64,000 bases of DNA, taken from NCBI GenBank assembly GCA_963666285.1, contig OY762711.1; one strand, given 5' to 3'. The position numbers and the translations under genes were made by a program. The DNA is from Sedimentisphaerales bacterium. GTDB lineage: Bacteria > Planctomycetota > Phycisphaerae > Sedimentisphaerales > SM23-30. Below, piece after piece: positions 59,088 to 64,000 of this stretch (position 1 is the stretch's first letter; each line of letters starts with the position of its first letter). A model generated the notes under the pieces. It did no database searches, had not been told where the DNA came from, and saw nothing but the letters and a program-made list of their open reading frames with translations.

Positions 59088-60545
59088 AAAGGATATCAGT
59101 ATTGCATTTCTGGTTTGTGATGTGAACTTGACGTTTTCTGCAATACGGTGACCGGCGATACAGATCAGCCCGTGGTCATCATAGATTGCCGCGATATTAT
59201 TTCTAAGATATTGTGGGACCTTGAAGTTGGTCATGATATCTCCGGTAGTTTGTGTGCCGGCAAGACCAAGCGGCCGGTAGTGAATTGACGGTTTTAGAGA
59301 GGTGATATAAAGAGTTCCGGCAGTTTTATTCAGGTCGATAATTTCCTGATATGGCGTTTTGTTTTTGCGAAACGATTCAATGTCGAAATTATTTGTATCT
59401 ACATTTTCAACGGAAACAGAGCGTATCTTATGCAGGTCGGCGATAAATAATAGTTTATTAATTTCAACCTGTCCCGGAATATCTAATTCTACTGTCGAAT
59501 GGCTGCTATCAGTTTTTAAGGCAATAATAAGGTTCTTTTGGGATATTTCAGCTGTCCAGTTATTAGAAAGGTCAGCAATTATCCTGGTTTTCTCATTGAG
59601 GCATTCAGCCCGGATGTAATCTATTTTACTGCAACCAATATCAGCCAAAGGCAGCATGATTTTATCTATTGCATAGCGCAGCATGTTTTTGGCCCGGCTA
59701 TTAGTCAAAGAATTCAGATATCCAAGAGAGACCTGGAATAGTCCGGGGGTGACCACGGCATTAGCAGTGTCAATATCACCTTGGGCTACCGAGTTTAGTA
59801 TTTCTGCGGAGTCAGCAGCGATATTGCCGAGGTTATTGAGAGCCTGTTTAAAGTTAGGATTGAAGGAGTTTTCTATTTCCGGTATGAGTCGATTGCGCAG
59901 GTTGTTACGGGTATAGTCATTTGAATCGTTGCTGGAGTCGTATCTTGAAGTGACATTTTGGGCAACGAGATATTTTTCGATTCGGCTGCGAGTTAAGCCG
60001 AGCAGGGGGCGGATAATAGTAACTGCATTATTGTTATCTGCAAAGCGTTTCGGCTGAATACCTGCCAGACCGTTGATGCCTGTTCCGCGAATGATCCTGT
60101 GAAGGATGGTCTCAGCATTATCGTCGGCATGATGAGCGGTAGCCAGGTACCTGCAATTATGTTCCCGGCATATACCCGTAAGAAAATCATACCTGGCATT
60201 TCTAGCAGCGGTCTCAATTGACTGGCCGGTTTGTTTTGCTGTCTCATTAATATCAAGTTTTTTTATGATGCAATTTAGTCCTAGTTTCTGACAATGGTCA
60301 AGGACGAAATATGCATCCTGATCACTTTCCTGACCTCGAAGAGAGTGATTCAAATGTGCGACGATTATATTGTATGTGTTTTTAATATTTTTTCTCAGGA
60401 TATCATTAATAATTTCCAGCATGGCTATACTGTCCGGCCCGCCTGAGACGGCCAGGACGATAGATTCGTTTCCGGATAGCAGGTCTGGGCAGTTCTGTTT
60501 GAGAAAGCTCTGTACCTCAGTTGTTTCAATACATGCTGTATTCAT
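59079..60545 (-). CDS. tilS: tRNA(Ile)-lysidine synthetase
   Basis: AVSGGPDS, HLNHSLRG, ETAARNARY, AHHADDNAET, IRPLL, DSSN...RN.LR. Confidence 0.95.
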   Translation of the reverse strand: MNTACIETTEVQSFLKQNCPDLLSGNESIVLAVSGGPDSIAMLEIINDILRKNIKNTYNIIVAHLNHSLRGQESDQDAYFVLDHCQKLGLNCIIKKLDINETAKQTGQSIETAARNARYDFLTGICREHNCRYLATAHHADDNAETILHRIIRGTGINGLAGIQPKRFADNNNAVTIIRPLLGLTRSRIEKYLVAQNVTSRYDSSNDSNDYTRNNLRNRLIPEIENSFNPNFKQALNNLGNIAADSAEILNSVAQGDIDTANAVVTPGLFQVSLGYLNSLTNSRAKNMLRYAIDKIMLPLADIGCSKIDYIRAECLNEKTRIIADLSNNWTAEISQKNLIIALKTDSSHSTVELDIPGQVEINKLLFIADLHKIRSVSVENVDTNNFDIESFRKNKTPYQEIIDLNKTAGTLYITSLKPSIHYRPLGLAGTQTTGDIMTNFKVPQYLRNNIAAIYDDHGLICIAGHRIAENVKFTSQTRNAILISFKK

Positions 60546-60628
60546 AACCTGAAATTATACAAGGAAAGTGCAAACTATGCAATATAGGATGCTATAATAT
60601 AGAGATGTTGAGGAAGATTGAGCAACTG

Positions 60629-62239
60629 CTATTTTGAGGAAATGCCGAGATAATCTTCTATTTCGTTCCATTGCTCATCGTATGAAGCACCGTAAGGCAG
60701 TTCTTTTTCCAGGCCGGTTTTGGTATTTATGCGGATAAGCTTAGTGACCTTGTTTACAATCCGCGGCACAATAGTGACCGGTCCTTTGATTTCTTCATTG
60801 ACTTTAGATTCGCCACGAGGGAATCTAATGACCACATTTGGATGAATCTTGCCAGTAACCTCAACACTAAGGACGGCATTGTTGATGGAATTTTCGTATG
60901 CAGTTTTCAATTTTTCTATCAGTTCATCTGCCTTGCTGTCAAGTTCATATGTTTCGTACAGCAGTTCGGTAGCTTTTTCTTTTTGTTCGCTTGTGAGTCG
61001 CTTTTGTTGTGCCAGCAGCGGCTCAACAACAGCCCTGACTTTTTCTGCCTGCATACGAAGTTTTTTAACTTCGGGTTTGGTAGTTTCGGCTCTGGTTTTA
61101 AGCTCGTCATTTATGCCTATATCGAGAATAGTTTTGCTGCCGGCGTCAGAACCGAGGGTGTGAACTTTTACGCCTTTGAAAGCAGAAATGCTGCCGCCTG
61201 CGAGCTGGCCATTTTCTGAGTAGATTCTACCGCCGCATTCCAGGTTACAGTACATGATTTCCTTGGCAAAAGAGATATCACCAAGGCATTTAACTTTTGA
61301 ACTTGTGATGAATTTGCATTCCAGGTTGCCGTGGCAAATAGCACAACCTTTTTCTTTGCCTGCCATCCCGCCTTTTAGAATCAGGTCTTCTCCAGATTCC
61401 ACCTGGGCGGCTTCGACAACACCTCGAATAATTAGATTTTTGCCCGCTTTAACTTCAAAGAGGTCCAGGATGCTGCGGAATATGTCGACGTTGTTTTTGA
61501 AATTGATATTGCCAATAGAGAAATCAACTTCACTATGGACTTCCAGATTTTCATCTATCCATATTTTCTTAAAGGTATGATTAAGTTTTCCATAGGAACT
61601 TGCATATATGATATCAGCACGTTCTTCTGAATCATCTTTGTCAGGTTCGCCATATCTTACATTTTTTCTTAGCTGTATTTCAGCATCGCGACCTTTAATC
61701 CTCGGAATCGGTTTGCCGAATATATCAATACCATCCTGGCCGGGAGTCGGAGGCATGATTTGTACCAGCGGCTGGTTTTCTTCAACAAAGACAAAACAGC
61801 TCTTTTCGTAATGGCTTTCACGATCAGGGTCATTTTCCTTTTGCTGAGGAGCGGGCTGGTTTTTGGCTAATTCAGGGTTACACGTAAGACTCTGGTCCTG
61901 CTCGTCTCCGTCACCGGTATCGTTGTCTTTTGATACCGGTTCAGGTTTTTCGGCTTCTGTATAAAGTTTCTTAATATAACCATTTGTGTCAGCAACCGGC
62001 GGAGTACCCTGAGCAACAATAACAGTTTCCGGCTGTTTTTTATCATTGATGACAGCAACGAATTGTTGGATATTCTTTTTACCTTCATCATTGATTTGTA
62101 AGCCCAGGCCAATGAGTTCGCTTGTAACTTCCTGCGCAGTGACATCTTTAGGCAAAGTTTCCCCATTAATTGCAATAGTTGCGGTAAGATTATCTTTAGA
62201 ATATGATACCTTATATTTTTTGTTTGCAGTTAACGGCAA
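60629..62239 (-). CDS. FapA / DUF342 family protein
   Basis: VAQGTPP, P.PGQDGIDIFG, VDFSIGNINF beta-helix region and coiled coil; downstream of cheX-cheY. Confidence 0.82.
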   Translation of the reverse strand: MPLTANKKYKVSYSKDNLTATIAINGETLPKDVTAQEVTSELIGLGLQINDEGKKNIQQFVAVINDKKQPETVIVAQGTPPVADTNGYIKKLYTEAEKPEPVSKDNDTGDGDEQDQSLTCNPELAKNQPAPQQKENDPDRESHYEKSCFVFVEENQPLVQIMPPTPGQDGIDIFGKPIPRIKGRDAEIQLRKNVRYGEPDKDDSEERADIIYASSYGKLNHTFKKIWIDENLEVHSEVDFSIGNINFKNNVDIFRSILDLFEVKAGKNLIIRGVVEAAQVESGEDLILKGGMAGKEKGCAICHGNLECKFITSSKVKCLGDISFAKEIMYCNLECGGRIYSENGQLAGGSISAFKGVKVHTLGSDAGSKTILDIGINDELKTRAETTKPEVKKLRMQAEKVRAVVEPLLAQQKRLTSEQKEKATELLYETYELDSKADELIEKLKTAYENSINNAVLSVEVTGKIHPNVVIRFPRGESKVNEEIKGPVTIVPRIVNKVTKLIRINTKTGLEKELPYGASYDEQWNEIEDYLGISSK

Positions 62240-62294
62240 AATTTACCTCCGCAATGATGTTTATTTCGATCGAAAAGGGTTTCCCATCGATTGA

Positions 62295-62678
62295 TTACGC
62301 TGTTTGAGTGACACCGGCTTTTTTAAGAGTTTCATCGATTTTTCCAAGCAGGGTATCAGGTGTAAAAGGTTTAACAACATAATTATTAACACCGGATTTG
62401 ATAGCTTCGATAATTCTTGGCTTTTCAGCTTCGGTTGTACACATGATGATGATAGCTTTTTTATCGATTTCTCTTACCTTTTTGACCATGGTCAAGCCGT
62501 CCATATTAGGCATGTTCCAGTCTACCAGCAGGATGTCAAAAGGTCCGTTTTCAGAGATTTGTTTTAAGCCTTCAACACCATCTCCGGCTTCAAACACCTC
62601 AGAACCTTCAATACCTGATACCACCTTTTTCCAGATATTTCTCATTGTACGAGAATCATCAACAAGTAGAAACTTCAT
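62295..62678 (-). CDS. cheY: CheY-like single-domain response regulator
   Basis: LVDDS, VDWNMPNMDG, TTE, YVVKPF. Confidence 0.88.
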   Translation of the reverse strand: MKFLLVDDSRTMRNIWKKVVSGIEGSEVFEAGDGVEGLKQISENGPFDILLVDWNMPNMDGLTMVKKVREIDKKAIIIMCTTEAEKPRIIEAIKSGVNNYVVKPFTPDTLLGKIDETLKKAGVTQTA

Positions 62679-62710
62679 AGTTTATTTCCTTTCCTACTAT
62701 ACAAAAATGT

Positions 62711-63190
62711 TTAGCTGACACATTTTATGTTAACTTCAACCGCAAGTTTGCCAAGCGGAGTTTCACATGGAATAACAACACAAGGTACATCGCTCATCCT
62801 GGCGACGCTATGATTCTTACCAATAATTACATTTGGTATACTGATACCTGCGGTCATGCCGAATTCAGATTTGGCATTACCGGCGATCATATTTGAAAGT
62901 TCGCCAATTGCATCAGCAAAGTCGTCAGAGTCAATTTCGAATCTTTCACAGGTTAGTTTTTCTACCAGGTTAATGGCAGTATCAGTTGCGAAACTGATGA
63001 CGACAGACCCGACAATATCACCGGTAAAACCGACAATACCTGAAATATCATAATGAGCTACATTTTTCTCTTTCAAATGAGGTTTTCCAATCTGACAATC
63101 AATATCCATCATAGTAGATAAGACATTTTTTGTCGAATAGACGAATGCCTTTGTGATTGTCGGATTGATCTGCACAGTTTGCGTTGTCAT
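62711..63190 (-). CDS. cheX: Chemotaxis phosphatase CheX
   Basis: DISGIVGFTG..GSV, DAIGELSNMIAG, ISIP.VI.G. Confidence 0.92.
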   Translation of the reverse strand: MTTQTVQINPTITKAFVYSTKNVLSTMMDIDCQIGKPHLKEKNVAHYDISGIVGFTGDIVGSVVISFATDTAINLVEKLTCERFEIDSDDFADAIGELSNMIAGNAKSEFGMTAGISIPNVIIGKNHSVARMSDVPCVVIPCETPLGKLAVEVNIKCVS

Positions 63191-63240
63191 TTGTTTTTAC
63201 TCCTGAAATATGGAATATATTATTATTTGTCTTTACTTTT

Positions 63241-63268
63241 TTATCGGTGTTGAATGTATCCAACTTAA
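63241..63268 (-). promoter_or_regulatory. sigma28-like promoter of cheX-cheY-fapA
   Basis: Minus strand TTAA-N16 (or TAAG-N15) then ACCGATAA. Confidence 0.55.
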
Positions 63269-63287
63269 CTAACATGTGTTTCACATG

Positions 63288-63998
63288 TCATGCGAGAAAA
63301 TAATATTCGCTTTTGAATGCATAACAATCGTCACAACCATCATAGCCGGTATATCTTTCTGCAGTACAAGTTAAATTAGAATCATCTAATAAATCATCTG
63401 TTTCCGGTAGAATGTATCTTGGGCTGTATTGACAGACATCTGATAGATACTCGTTTTCAGTATAGGAAATGATGTTTTTTAATTCTTCAATATTGCAATT
63501 TAGAAGAATGTCTGATATTTCCGGGTCAAACTGGGTGCCGCTAAACCTGGCAATTTCCGACAGGACTTTTCTGACAGGCAGAGATTTACGGTACGTCCTG
63601 GTGCTCATCATTGCATCAAAAGTATCGGCAATTTTCACGATTCGTCCGATAACAGGTATGCTTTTTCCGCTAATACCAGCAGGGTAACCTTTCCCGTCAT
63701 ATCTTTCATGATGTGTTCGCACTCCGTGGACAACTTCTGATATCTGCCTTATTCCCTTAAGAATATCGGCACCGATAAGCGGATGCTGTTTGACCTCTTC
63801 AAATTCCTCAAGTGTCAGTCTGGCGTCTTTGCGAAGGGTGGATCCTTTAATGCCGATTTTACCAATATCGTGCAGCAAACCTGCCATATAAGCACTTTCA
63901 ATCTGCTGGTCATCAAGTTTAAGCTTCTCTGCAATATATCTTGAGATTCTTGCGACTCTTTCTGAATGTCCGCATGTGTATGGGTCTTTAGCGTCGAT
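63288..63998 (-). CDS. HD-GYP phosphodiesterase, 5' end beyond the window
   Basis: Frame open to the window edge: IDAKDPYTCGHSERVA..LLHDIGK..HHERYDGKGYP..ADTFDAM. Confidence 0.92.
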   Translation of the reverse strand: MDAKDPYTCGHSERVARISRYIAEKLKLDDQQIESAYMAGLLHDIGKIGIKGSTLRKDARLTLEEFEEVKQHPLIGADILKGIRQISEVVHGVRTHHERYDGKGYPAGISGKSIPVIGRIVKIADTFDAMMSTRTYRKSLPVRKVLSEIARFSGTQFDPEISDILLNCNIEELKNIISYTENEYLSDVCQYSPRYILPETDDLLDDSNLTCTAERYTGYDGCDDCYAFKSEYYFLA

Positions 63999-64000
63999 GG

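Overview
A 64-kb bacterial chromosome segment. It is probably from a planctomycete of the Phycisphaerae/Sedimentisphaerales type; this is inferred from protein families (NWPTWRGP PQQ-propeller, GEVED repeats with a dockerin-like DF..MA..WL tail, very large secretin), not from a marker gene. It contains scattered chemotaxis and c-di-GMP genes (cheD, two cheX-like, cheW, cheY-like, fapA/DUF342, three HD-GYP genes, hemerythrin, a hybrid kinase), a housekeeping block (dsbD-like, trpS, scpA, xth, nth; typA, yebC, tilS), a type II secretion cluster with a 1590-aa secretin, carbohydrate enzymes, one intact IS3-family element and an ISL3 relic. The most notable unannotated signals are: (i) a family of modular non-coding repeats (7-mer array + GC hairpin + TATTTTAAA tail), including a ~540-bp element present twice in inverted orientation, one hairpin of which was hit by the IS3; (ii) a recurring sigma28-like TAAA-N16-nnCGATAW promoter motif upstream of most motility/c-di-GMP genes; (iii) an orphan 36-aa chemoreceptor-tail ORF behind cheW; (iv) a T2SS whose secretin and GspC-like protein are both lengthened by domain repeats; (v) a structured 230-nt typA leader. 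No rRNA, tRNA or CRISPR array was seen.
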